Part shown: positions 29,647 through 37,520 of the stretch, piece by piece | How the letters are laid out: each line of letters begins with the position of its first letter | Position numbering within the stretch: the stretch's first letter is position 1 | Source: Myxococcota bacterium | GTDB taxonomy: Bacteria > Myxococcota_A > UBA9160 > PR03 | Direction: 5' to 3' | Assembly (NCBI GenBank): GCA_041611735.1 | Contig: JBFIML010000016.1 | Location: forward strand, 1-64,000 | DNA length: 64,000 nucleotides | Notes under the pieces: generated by a model | Told to the model about the DNA's origin: nothing | The model's database searches: none | The model's input: the letters and a program-made list of their open reading frames with translations, nothing else | Program-made: the position numbers and the translations under genes

Positions 29647-30428
29647 TCACGCCGCGCGCGCGATCTCCGCTGTCGTGCGCGCTTCGATTCCGGGTCCGGG
29701 CAGCCGGTGACAGGCGGGCCCCTGCGGGTGGGCGAGCGCCGCGTCCACGAGGGCGAGAACCGGCGCTGCGGTGAGGAGATCCAGGTGGCCGAGCCCCACC
29801 ACCCGGGCCAGCACGTGACCCGGCGTCGCGTACGGGCGCGCGAAGAAGCCCGGCACCACGCGGTCCGCATCGGACGCCACGGCCAGGAGCTGCGAACCCG
29901 GTGGCACGGGGAGCCGCGCCAGCTCGCGCAGGAGCGGCGCGCCGGGGATCATCTGCCAGACGGCGCGCGACACCGCGCCGAGCAGGAGCGCCCCGGCCAG
30001 GGCCAGGGGCGTGCCGCGATGGGGTGTCCCGAGGGTCACCACGCGCCGCACGCGAGCGCCCCGGTCGAGGCACTTCAGGAGGTACGTGGCGACGAGTCCG
30101 CCGAGCGAGTGTCCCACCACGTCCACCCATCCGAAGTCGCCCTCGCCGGCCAGACGCTGGAGCTCGTCGTGCACGCGGCGCGCGGAGTCGCGCACGTCGC
30201 CGAGATGCAACGCCGCGGCGCCGGCCAGGGCGAAGCGCAGCACGGGCCGGCGGTGCGCGCGTCGCAGGTGACGCTCCAGCGGGAGCAGCACCCGGCTCGA
30301 GGTGCCGAAGCCGTGCAGGAGCAGATGGGGGGGCTGCCGGCCAGGGCCCGTGCGGCGGGGCGGTCGCCCACCACGAGGCCGTGTACCGCCTCGTGGAGGA
30401 GCGCCCGCAATCCCACCTGTCCGGCCAT
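29647..30428 (-). pseudogene. Frameshifted lipase/esterase (alpha/beta hydrolase)
   Basis: ATG 30428 reads MAGQVG...GSPP, then the coding frame shifts by 1 nt at or next to a G7 tract (30327-30333) into LLLHGFG...VGHSLGG...LGTPHRGT...D...GH. Confidence 0.7.
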
Positions 30429-30463
30429 CTTCGCGCCTCCGCTCCCCCCCCGGACGCCGCTCC

Positions 30464-30490
30464 GATGCCGCTTCGCGCCTGGCAGGTACG
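30464..30490 (-). promoter_or_regulatory. Putative ECF-sigma promoter for the leftward arm
   Basis: Minus strand cGTACC-N16-GCATCggag, about 36 nt upstream of ATG 30428. Confidence 0.55.
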
Positions 30491-30502
30491 CTGCCACCCA
30501 GG

Positions 30503-30529
30503 CGTCACCGCCCCCCGCTCGCCGGCATC
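30503..30529 (+). promoter_or_regulatory. Putative ECF-sigma promoter for the rightward arm
   Basis: cGTCAC-N16-GCATCggag upstream of the DUF417 gene. Confidence 0.55.
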
Positions 30530-30587
30530 GGAGCCCACGTTCCCGTCTCCCGGCTCGGCCCGGGAGCGGACCGCAAAGGAGATCGCC

Positions 30588-31013
30588 ATGCAGTTCCTGG
30601 CTCACTGGGCGGAGCGGCTCGCCGCGCCCGCCCTTCGTTTCAGTCTGGCCGTGGTCCTATTCTGGATCGGGGCCCTCAAGTTCGCCCACCCGGAGCCCGT
30701 GGTGGAGCTGCTCCAGGCCTCCTTCTGGTTCCTGGCCCACCCGGGGGTGGTCTACGGGCTCGGCGTGCTCGAGGTGGGGGCGGCGCTGCTCCTGGTGCTG
30801 GGCATCGGACTGCCTCTGGTGGGGATCCTCTGCATGGGGCTGTTCACCGGCACCCTCGCCATCTTCCTGGTGGCCCCCGGGGTGAGCTTCGGCCAGGCGG
30901 GCTTCCCGAACCTCTCCCTGGCGGGAGAATTCCTGCTCAAGGATCTCGTGCTCTTCGCGGCGTCCCTCGCCGTGGTGGGTCTGGCATCCCCCAAGGCCGA
31001 GCCCGCCCGCTAG
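30588..31013 (+). CDS. DUF417/YkgB (RclC-like, DoxX clan) membrane protein
   Basis: LRFSLAVVLFWIGALKF, GVLEV and GEFLLKDLVL. AAGGAG RBS. Confidence 0.85.
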   Translation: MQFLAHWAERLAAPALRFSLAVVLFWIGALKFAHPEPVVELLQASFWFLAHPGVVYGLGVLEVGAALLLVLGIGLPLVGILCMGLFTGTLAIFLVAPGVSFGQAGFPNLSLAGEFLLKDLVLFAASLAVVGLASPKAEPAR

Positions 31014-31037
31014 GGTGGAGCCCCGGAGGAGCGAGTC

Positions 31038-32156
31038 ATGAAGGCCATCGCCGTCGTCCCGAAGTCCCGCGCCGTGCGTCTCGTGGAGGTGAAGGCGCCG
31101 CGCATCGCCACGCCCACCGACGTGGAGGTCCAGATCCTCGACGTGGGCGTGTGTGGCACGGATCGGGAGATCTGCGCCTTCGAGTACGGCACCCCGCCGC
31201 CCGGCTCGGACCGGCTCGTGATCGGCCACGAGTCCCTGGGCCGGGTGGTGAATGTGGGCGCCGAGGTGACGCGCGTGCGCCCCGGCGACCTGGTGGTCCC
31301 CATGGTGCGGCGGCCCTGCCCGCACGACTGGTGCACCGCCTGTCGCGCCGGTCGCCAGGACTTCTGCTTCAGCGGAGACTTCCGCGAGCGCGGCATCAAG
31401 CAGGCCGACGGCTACATGGCCGAGCGCATCGTGGACGACGAGAAGTACATGAACCCCGTGCCGCCCGAGCTGCGCGAGGTGGCGGTGCTGGTCGAGCCCC
31501 TCACCATCGCCGAGAAGGCGTTGATCCAGCTGTGGCTGATCCAGGAGCGCCTGCCCTGGGGCTGCCCCCACAAGCCCGGCAAGAACCACGGCCACTGCCG
31601 GCGGGCGGTGGTGCTGGGAGCCGGGCCCGTGGGGCTGCTGGGCGCCATGGCGCTGGCCGCCAGCGACTTCGAGACCGTCGTCTACTCCCGGGAGCCGGCC
31701 CCGAACCCGAAGTCCGAGCTCGTCGAGGCGATCGGCGCCCGCTATGTGAGCTCCGAGAAGCTGCCGGTGGCGGAGCTTCCGGCGGAGATCGGCACCATCG
31801 ACGTGGTCTACGAGGCCGCCGGCGCCTCGCGGGTCGCCTTCGAGATGCTCCAGGTGCTGGGCGCCAACAGCGTCTTCATCTTCACCGGGGTGCCGGGCCG
31901 CAAGGCGCCCATCGAGTTCGATACGGACCTGCTGATGCGAAACCTGGTGCTCAAGAACCAGATCGTGTTCGGCACCGTGAACGCCGGGCGGGATGCCTTC
32001 GAGGCCGCCATCCGTCACGTGGCCGAGTTCAAGCGCCACTGGTCCGATGCGCTCTCGGGCCTGATCAGCGGCCGTCATCCGGTGGAGGACCACCGCGAGT
32101 TCCTGGTGGGACGCCCCACCGGGATCAAGCACGTGCTCGAGTTCGGGAAGGACTGA
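31038..32156 (+). CDS. Zn-dependent glucose 1-dehydrogenase (MDR family, archaeal-type GDH)
   Basis: GVCGTDREI, GHESLG, VRRPC..C..C...FC..ERGI, VLVEP, GAGPVG and VLKNQIVFGTVNA. Confidence 0.88.
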   Translation: MKAIAVVPKSRAVRLVEVKAPRIATPTDVEVQILDVGVCGTDREICAFEYGTPPPGSDRLVIGHESLGRVVNVGAEVTRVRPGDLVVPMVRRPCPHDWCTACRAGRQDFCFSGDFRERGIKQADGYMAERIVDDEKYMNPVPPELREVAVLVEPLTIAEKALIQLWLIQERLPWGCPHKPGKNHGHCRRAVVLGAGPVGLLGAMALAASDFETVVYSREPAPNPKSELVEAIGARYVSSEKLPVAELPAEIGTIDVVYEAAGASRVAFEMLQVLGANSVFIFTGVPGRKAPIEFDTDLLMRNLVLKNQIVFGTVNAGRDAFEAAIRHVAEFKRHWSDALSGLISGRHPVEDHREFLVGRPTGIKHVLEFGKD

Positions 32157-32159
32157 GGC

Positions 32160-34127
32160 GTGGACTCCTCGGCAGAGTGGCTGGAGTCGGACGGTCTCGG
32201 CGGCTTCGCGTCCGGCACGCGGGCGGGGGTGCGCACGCGCCGCTACCACGCGCTCCTGCTGGTGGCGACGACGCCGCCCACGGGGCGGGTCGTGCTGGTG
32301 AACGGCTTCGACGCCTGGCTCGAGACGGCGGGCGGCCGCTTCCCGCTCTCCGCCCAGGCGTACACCCCGGACGTGGTGTACCCGGACGGGGCGCGTCACG
32401 TGGAAGCCTTCCGCCACGACCCCTGGCCGCGCTGGACCTTCGGCTTCCCGGACGGGACGCGCGTGGAGCAGGAGCTCTTCGTTCCCCACGAGTCGGCCGC
32501 GATGGTCGTGGCCTGGCGGCGCACCGCCGGCACGGGGCCCGCCCGTCTCGAGGTGCGGCCTCTCCTCTCGGGGCGTGACTATCACGCGCTGCACCGGGAG
32601 AATCCGTCGTTCGGCTTCGAGACCGAGGTGACGGGCGAGCGGCTGACCTGGCGGTGCTATGCGGACCTGCCGGCCGTCCGGGCCCGCACCAACGGCGCGT
32701 TCCAGCACGAGCCGCTGTGGTTCCGCAACTTTCGCTACGACGAGGAGCGCGCGCGCGGCCTCGACTTCGTGGAGGACCTGGCCTCGCCGGGGGCGCTGCG
32801 TTTCGACCTGGCGGCGGGGGAGGGCCTCTGGCTGCTGGCGGCGGAGGGTCACGAGAGCGCCCTCGGGGACCCCGGTGAACGCGTGGCGGAGGTCGCCGCG
32901 CGCGTGCGTCGCGCCGAGGCGCGGCGCCGCAGCGCCTTCCCCACGCCGCTGCACCGGGCCGCCGACGCCTATCTGGTGCGCCGCGGAGCCGGACGCAGCG
33001 TGGTGGCCGGCTACCCCTGGTTCACGGACTGGGGGCGCGACACCTTCATCGCCCTGCGCGGCCTCGTGCTCGCCGCGGGTCGCCTGGACGTGGCGCGCGA
33101 CATCCTGCTCGAGTGGGCCGCGAGCGTCTCCGAGGGGATGCTCCCGAACCGCTTCCCGGACCGGGGCGAAGCCCCCGAGTTCAACGCCGTGGACGCCTCG
33201 CTCTGGTACGTGGTGGCGGTCCACGAGTACCTGGCGGCGGTGCAGGCCGCGGGCCGGCCGGCCGCGCAGCGGGAGCGCGCCACCCTGGAGGACGCCGCCG
33301 ACGCGATCCTCGCCGGCTACGCGCGCGGCACGCGCCACGGCATCCGCGTGGACGCGGACGGCCTGCTGGCCGCCGGCGAGCCCGGCGTGCAGCTCACCTG
33401 GATGGACGCCAAGGTGGGCGATTGGGTGGTGACCCCGCGCATCGGCAAGCCCGTGGAGGTGCAGGCGCTCTGGCTGAATGCCCTCCACCTGGCGCGCGAT
33501 CGCTCTCCCGCCTGGCGCGAGCTCTTCACCCGCGGCAAGGGCGCCTTCGCCGAACGCTTCTGGAACGAGGCCCAGGGCGGCCTCCACGACGTGGTGGACG
33601 TGGACCACGTGTCGGGCACCGAGGACGCGGCGTTCCGCCCCAACCAGATCTTCGCCGTGGGTGGGCTTCCGCTCGCGCTCCTCGAGGGCAAGCGCGCGCG
33701 TCGCCTGGTGGACGCGGTGGAGGCGCGCCTGTGGACGCCGCTGGGGCTGCGCTCCCTGGCCCCTGGCGAGCCGGGCTACGCGCCTCGCTACGAGGGTGAC
33801 GTGCGCGAACGCGACGGGGCCTACCACCAGGGCACCGTGTGGCCCTGGCTGCTCGGTCCCTTCGTGGAGGCCTGGCTGCGCGTGCGCGGAGACGGCGCTG
33901 CCGCGCGGAGCGAGGCGGACACGCGCTTCCTGGCCCCCTTGCGCGCCCATCTCGAGGAGGCGGGCCTCGGGCACGTCTCGGAAATCGCCGACGCAGAGCC
34001 TCCCCACCACCCGCGCGGCTGCCCGTTCCAGGCCTGGTCCCTGGGCGAGCTGTTGCGCCTGACGGAGGGCGTCCTGGCGGCGCCCCGCGTATCCCCTCCG
34101 CGCACCGCGGCATCGAAGCGGCGCTGA
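32160..34127 (+). CDS. Amylo-alpha-1,6-glucosidase (glycogen debranching, GDE_N + GH133)
   Basis: EWLESDGLGGFASGT..TRRYH, AGYPWFTDWGRDTFI, TWMDAK, RPNQ, YHQGTVWPW and QAWS. Confidence 0.93.
   Translation: MDSSAEWLESDGLGGFASGTRAGVRTRRYHALLLVATTPPTGRVVLVNGFDAWLETAGGRFPLSAQAYTPDVVYPDGARHVEAFRHDPWPRWTFGFPDGTRVEQELFVPHESAAMVVAWRRTAGTGPARLEVRPLLSGRDYHALHRENPSFGFETEVTGERLTWRCYADLPAVRARTNGAFQHEPLWFRNFRYDEERARGLDFVEDLASPGALRFDLAAGEGLWLLAAEGHESALGDPGERVAEVAARVRRAEARRRSAFPTPLHRAADAYLVRRGAGRSVVAGYPWFTDWGRDTFIALRGLVLAAGRLDVARDILLEWAASVSEGMLPNRFPDRGEAPEFNAVDASLWYVVAVHEYLAAVQAAGRPAAQRERATLEDAADAILAGYARGTRHGIRVDADGLLAAGEPGVQLTWMDAKVGDWVVTPRIGKPVEVQALWLNALHLARDRSPAWRELFTRGKGAFAERFWNEAQGGLHDVVDVDHVSGTEDAAFRPNQIFAVGGLPLALLEGKRARRLVDAVEARLWTPLGLRSLAPGEPGYAPRYEGDVRERDGAYHQGTVWPWLLGPFVEAWLRVRGDGAAARSEADTRFLAPLRAHLEEAGLGHVSEIADAEPPHHPRGCPFQAWSLGELLRLTEGVLAAPRVSPPRTAASKRR
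34088..34114 (+). promoter_or_regulatory. Putative internal ECF-sigma promoter upstream of the aquaporin gene
   Basis: cGTATC-N16-GCATCgaag, with the same spacing as the two divergent copies, about 30 nt before ATG 34144. Confidence 0.5.
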
Positions 34128-34143
34128 CTCCGAGGAGGCGCGA

Positions 34144-34935
34144 ATGGGCGAGGCGCTGCGCCGGCACTGGCCCGAGTACCTGATCGAAGCGGGCGGCATC
34201 GCGACCTTCATGGTGAGCGCGGTCTCCTTCACGGTGCTGCTCGAGCACCCGGCGTCGCCGGTGCGCCAGGCCCTGGGGCACCCGCTGCTGCGCCGCGCGC
34301 TGATGGGACTCGCCATGGGGAGCACCGCCATCGCCCTGGTCTACTCGCGGTGGGGAAAGCAGTCCGGAGCCCACTTCAACCCGGCGCTCACCTTCACCTT
34401 CTGGCGCCTCGGCAAGGTGAGGGGCGCGGACGCCCTGTTCTACGTGGCCGCCCAGCTGGCGGGCGCCGTGGTCGGGGTGCTCGCGGCGGGCGTGGTGCTC
34501 GGCGCCTTCGCCGTCGAGGTGAGCTTCGCCGCCACCGTGCCGGGCTCGCGCGGGACGCTCGTCGCCTTCCTGGCCGAGGTGGCGATCTCGTTCGGCCTGA
34601 TGGCCACGGTGCTCGTCACCACCAACCGGGCGCCCCTGGCCCGCTACACCGGGCTCTTCGTGGGCGCCCTCGTGGCGCTCTACATCACGCTCGAGGCGCC
34701 ACTCTCGGGCATGAGCATGAACCCGGCACGCACGCTCGGATCGGCGGCCGGCGCCCAGCTCTTCTCGTCGCTCTGGGTCTACTTCGCCGCCCCGACCCTC
34801 GGGATGCTGACGGCGGCGGAGTGGGTGCGGCGCCGCCACGGCGCGGCGCACGTACGCTGCGCCAAGCTGCACCACCAGAACGACCGGCGCTGCATCTTTC
34901 GCTGCGGCTACCGGGCCGCGGCCCAGGAGGCATGA
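34144..34935 (+). CDS. Aquaporin (MIP family) with Cys/His-rich C-terminal tail
   Basis: SGAHFNPALT and SGMSMNPART NPA boxes. Tail CAKLHH..RCIFRC. Confidence 0.92.
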   Translation: MGEALRRHWPEYLIEAGGIATFMVSAVSFTVLLEHPASPVRQALGHPLLRRALMGLAMGSTAIALVYSRWGKQSGAHFNPALTFTFWRLGKVRGADALFYVAAQLAGAVVGVLAAGVVLGAFAVEVSFAATVPGSRGTLVAFLAEVAISFGLMATVLVTTNRAPLARYTGLFVGALVALYITLEAPLSGMSMNPARTLGSAAGAQLFSSLWVYFAAPTLGMLTAAEWVRRRHGAAHVRCAKLHHQNDRRCIFRCGYRAAAQEA

Positions 34936-36482
34936 TCGTGGATCGCTACGACGTGATCGTGATCGGGACGGGGGCGGGCGGTGGGACCCTCGCCTGGAAG
35001 CTGGCTCCCTCCGGCAAGCGCATCCTGTTGCTGGAGCGCGGCGACTTCGTGCCCCGGGAGCGCGAGAACTGGGATCCCCGCGCCGCCATCACCCTGGGTC
35101 GCTACCACGCCGACGAGACCTGGTACGATGGGCAAGGGCGCGCCTTCCGGCCCGGCACCCACTACAACGTGGGGGGCAACACCAAGTTCTACGGCGCCGC
35201 GCTCTTCCGGCTGAGAGAGCGCGACTTCGACGAGATCAAGCACCACGGCGGGGTTTCCCCGGCCTGGCCCCTGGACTACGACGACTTCGCGCCCTGGTAC
35301 GACCAGGCCGAGCGCCTGTATCACGTGCACGGGAGCCGCGGCGAGGACCCGACCGAGCCGCGGGCGGACCGCCCCTACCCGCACCCCGCGGTGAGCCACG
35401 AGCCCCGCATCCAGCGCCTCCACGACGATCTCGTCCGGCTCGGGGTGCGGCCCTTCCACGTCCCGGTCGGAGTCCTCCTGGACGAGAGCAACCCGCTGCG
35501 CAGCCGCTGCATCCGCTGCTCCACCTGCGACGCCTTCCCGTGCCTGGTGAACGCCAAGGCGGACGCGGACGTGCTCTGCGTGCGGCCGGCCCTCGAGCAT
35601 CCGACCGTGACGCTCCATACGAGGACCCGGGTCCTGCGCCTGGAGACGAGCCCCTCGGGCCGAGAGGTCAGGCGGGTCGTCGCCGAGCGCGACGGGGTCG
35701 AGGAGACCTATGCCGCCGACCTGGTGGTGGTGGCGTGCGGCGCCATCAACTCGGCGGCGTTGCTGCTGCGTTCGGCCAACGAACGCCATCCTCGCGGCCT
35801 CGCCAACGGCTCGGGCGCCGTGGGCCGCTATTACATGTGCCACACGAACTCCATGCTGGTGGCCCTCTCCCGTGAACCGAACCCGACCCAGTTCCACAAG
35901 ACCTTTGCCCTGAACGACTTCTACTTCGGCGCCGACGACTTCCCGTACCCGCTTGGGTCGATCCAGATGATCGGGAAGGCCCACCCGGAGGTGCTCGGCG
36001 AGGGCGCACCGCGTGGCACCCCGCGCAAGGTCCTCGAGCTCATGGCGAGCCACGGGATCCCGTTCTGGCTCACCTCCGAGGACCTGCCGGACCCGGAGAA
36101 CCGGGTGGTGAGCGGGCCGGACGGCGAGCTCCAGCTCCACTACCGGGACAACAACCTGGAAGGACACCGGCGCCTGCACGCGCGGCTGAAGGCGCTGCTG
36201 GCCCAGGCGGGCTGCGACGCGGAGCGTCTGATCCCCACCAACCTGTACGTGGGCGGCCGCATCCCCGTGGCCGGGGTGGCCCACCAGTGCGGGACGGTGC
36301 GCTTCGGTCGCGAGCCCGCGACCTCGGTCCTGGACGTCTACTGCAAGGCCCACGAGCTCGACAACCTCTACGTAGTGGACGGGAGCTTCTTCCCCTCGAG
36401 CGGCGCCGTGAACCCGGCCCTGACCATCGCGGCCAACGCGCTGCGCGTGGGGACCCACCTCCAGGAGCGGCTCGGCGCATGA
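34932..36482 (+). CDS. GMC family FAD oxidoreductase
   Basis: YDVIVIGTGAGGG, VGGNTKFYGA, CIRCSTCDAFPC, AHQCGTVRFG and NPALTIAANA. Confidence 0.92.
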   Translation: MIVDRYDVIVIGTGAGGGTLAWKLAPSGKRILLLERGDFVPRERENWDPRAAITLGRYHADETWYDGQGRAFRPGTHYNVGGNTKFYGAALFRLRERDFDEIKHHGGVSPAWPLDYDDFAPWYDQAERLYHVHGSRGEDPTEPRADRPYPHPAVSHEPRIQRLHDDLVRLGVRPFHVPVGVLLDESNPLRSRCIRCSTCDAFPCLVNAKADADVLCVRPALEHPTVTLHTRTRVLRLETSPSGREVRRVVAERDGVEETYAADLVVVACGAINSAALLLRSANERHPRGLANGSGAVGRYYMCHTNSMLVALSREPNPTQFHKTFALNDFYFGADDFPYPLGSIQMIGKAHPEVLGEGAPRGTPRKVLELMASHGIPFWLTSEDLPDPENRVVSGPDGELQLHYRDNNLEGHRRLHARLKALLAQAGCDAERLIPTNLYVGGRIPVAGVAHQCGTVRFGREPATSVLDVYCKAHELDNLYVVDGSFFPSSGAVNPALTIAANALRVGTHLQERLGA

Positions 36483-37519
36483 AGACGAGGCGGCGGCCCG
36501 CGCTGGCGGTCCTGCTGGTCGCCCTGGCGGCGCTGGTCTCCGCCGCACCGGCGCCCGCAGCCGGGCTGCGGGCCGTCGAGGCGGTGGGCTTCACCGTCTC
36601 GGACCTCGACCGCTCCGTCGCCTTCTTCACCCAGGCGCTGGGCTTTCGCGAGCTCGGGCGCGCCGAGGTGCTGGGCCCGGAGGTGGAGCGCCTGGAGGGC
36701 GTCTTCGGGGCGCGGCTGCTGACCGCGCGTCTGCGCCTGGGCACGGAGACCGTGGAGCTGGTGGAGTACCTGGCGCCCCGGGGCCGGCCCGTGCCGGCGG
36801 ACTCGCGCGGCAACGATCGCTGGTTCCAACATTTGGCCATCGTGGTGCGCGACATGGACCGGGCCTACCAGGTGCTGCGCGAACATCGCGTCGAGCACCT
36901 CTCGTCCGGACCCCAGACCCTCCCCGCCTGGAATCCCGACGCCGCTGGCATCCGCGCCTTCTACTTCCGGGACCCGGACGGCCACCCCCTGGAGCTGATC
37001 CAGTACCCGCCCGGCAAGGGCGACCCGCGCTGGCAGCGACCGGGCCAGGACCTCTTTCTCGGCATCGACCACACCGCCATCGTCGTGGCGGACACCGAGG
37101 CCAGCCTGCGCTTCTACCGGGATCTGCTCGGGATGCGCGTGGCTGGTACCAGCGAGAACCACGGCACCGAGCAGGAGCACTTGAACGGGGTCTTCGGCGC
37201 GCGGCTCCGCATCACCGCCCTGCGCGCCCCCGCCGGCCCCGGCATCGAGCTCCTGGAGTACCGCACCCCGCGCGACGGCCGTCCGCGGCCCCCCGACGCG
37301 CGGTCCAACGACCTGCTGACCTGGCGCACCGGCCTCGTGGTGGACGACGTGGAGCGTTCTACCAAGCACCTTCTCCAGGCCCGGGCGACGTTCGTCTCCC
37401 CCGGGCCGGTGCGCCTACCCGATGCCGCCCTGGGCTACGAGCGCGCATGTCTCGTCGGCGACCCCGACGGCCACGTGCTGCGTCTCGTGGAGCCGGTGGG
37501 CATCCCGAAGGAGCGCTGA
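36479..37519 (+). CDS. Secreted two-domain VOC/glyoxalase family protein
   Basis: Signal peptide, TVSDLDRSVAFF, FQHLAIVV, FRDPDGHPLEL, IDHTAIVV and DPDGH. Confidence 0.88.
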   Translation: MKTRRRPALAVLLVALAALVSAAPAPAAGLRAVEAVGFTVSDLDRSVAFFTQALGFRELGRAEVLGPEVERLEGVFGARLLTARLRLGTETVELVEYLAPRGRPVPADSRGNDRWFQHLAIVVRDMDRAYQVLREHRVEHLSSGPQTLPAWNPDAAGIRAFYFRDPDGHPLELIQYPPGKGDPRWQRPGQDLFLGIDHTAIVVADTEASLRFYRDLLGMRVAGTSENHGTEQEHLNGVFGARLRITALRAPAGPGIELLEYRTPRDGRPRPPDARSNDLLTWRTGLVVDDVERSTKHLLQARATFVSPGPVRLPDAALGYERACLVGDPDGHVLRLVEPVGIPKER

Positions 37520-37520
37520 C

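Noticed and set aside
30657-34331. 1224-aa minus-strand ORF, and similar long ORFs (4061..7498, 20806..23988 N-part, 37769..40681, 56420..60427 N-part)
   Set aside because: These are shadow ORFs of a very GC-rich genome. They overlap motif-bearing genes and read as low-complexity R/G/P/A text.
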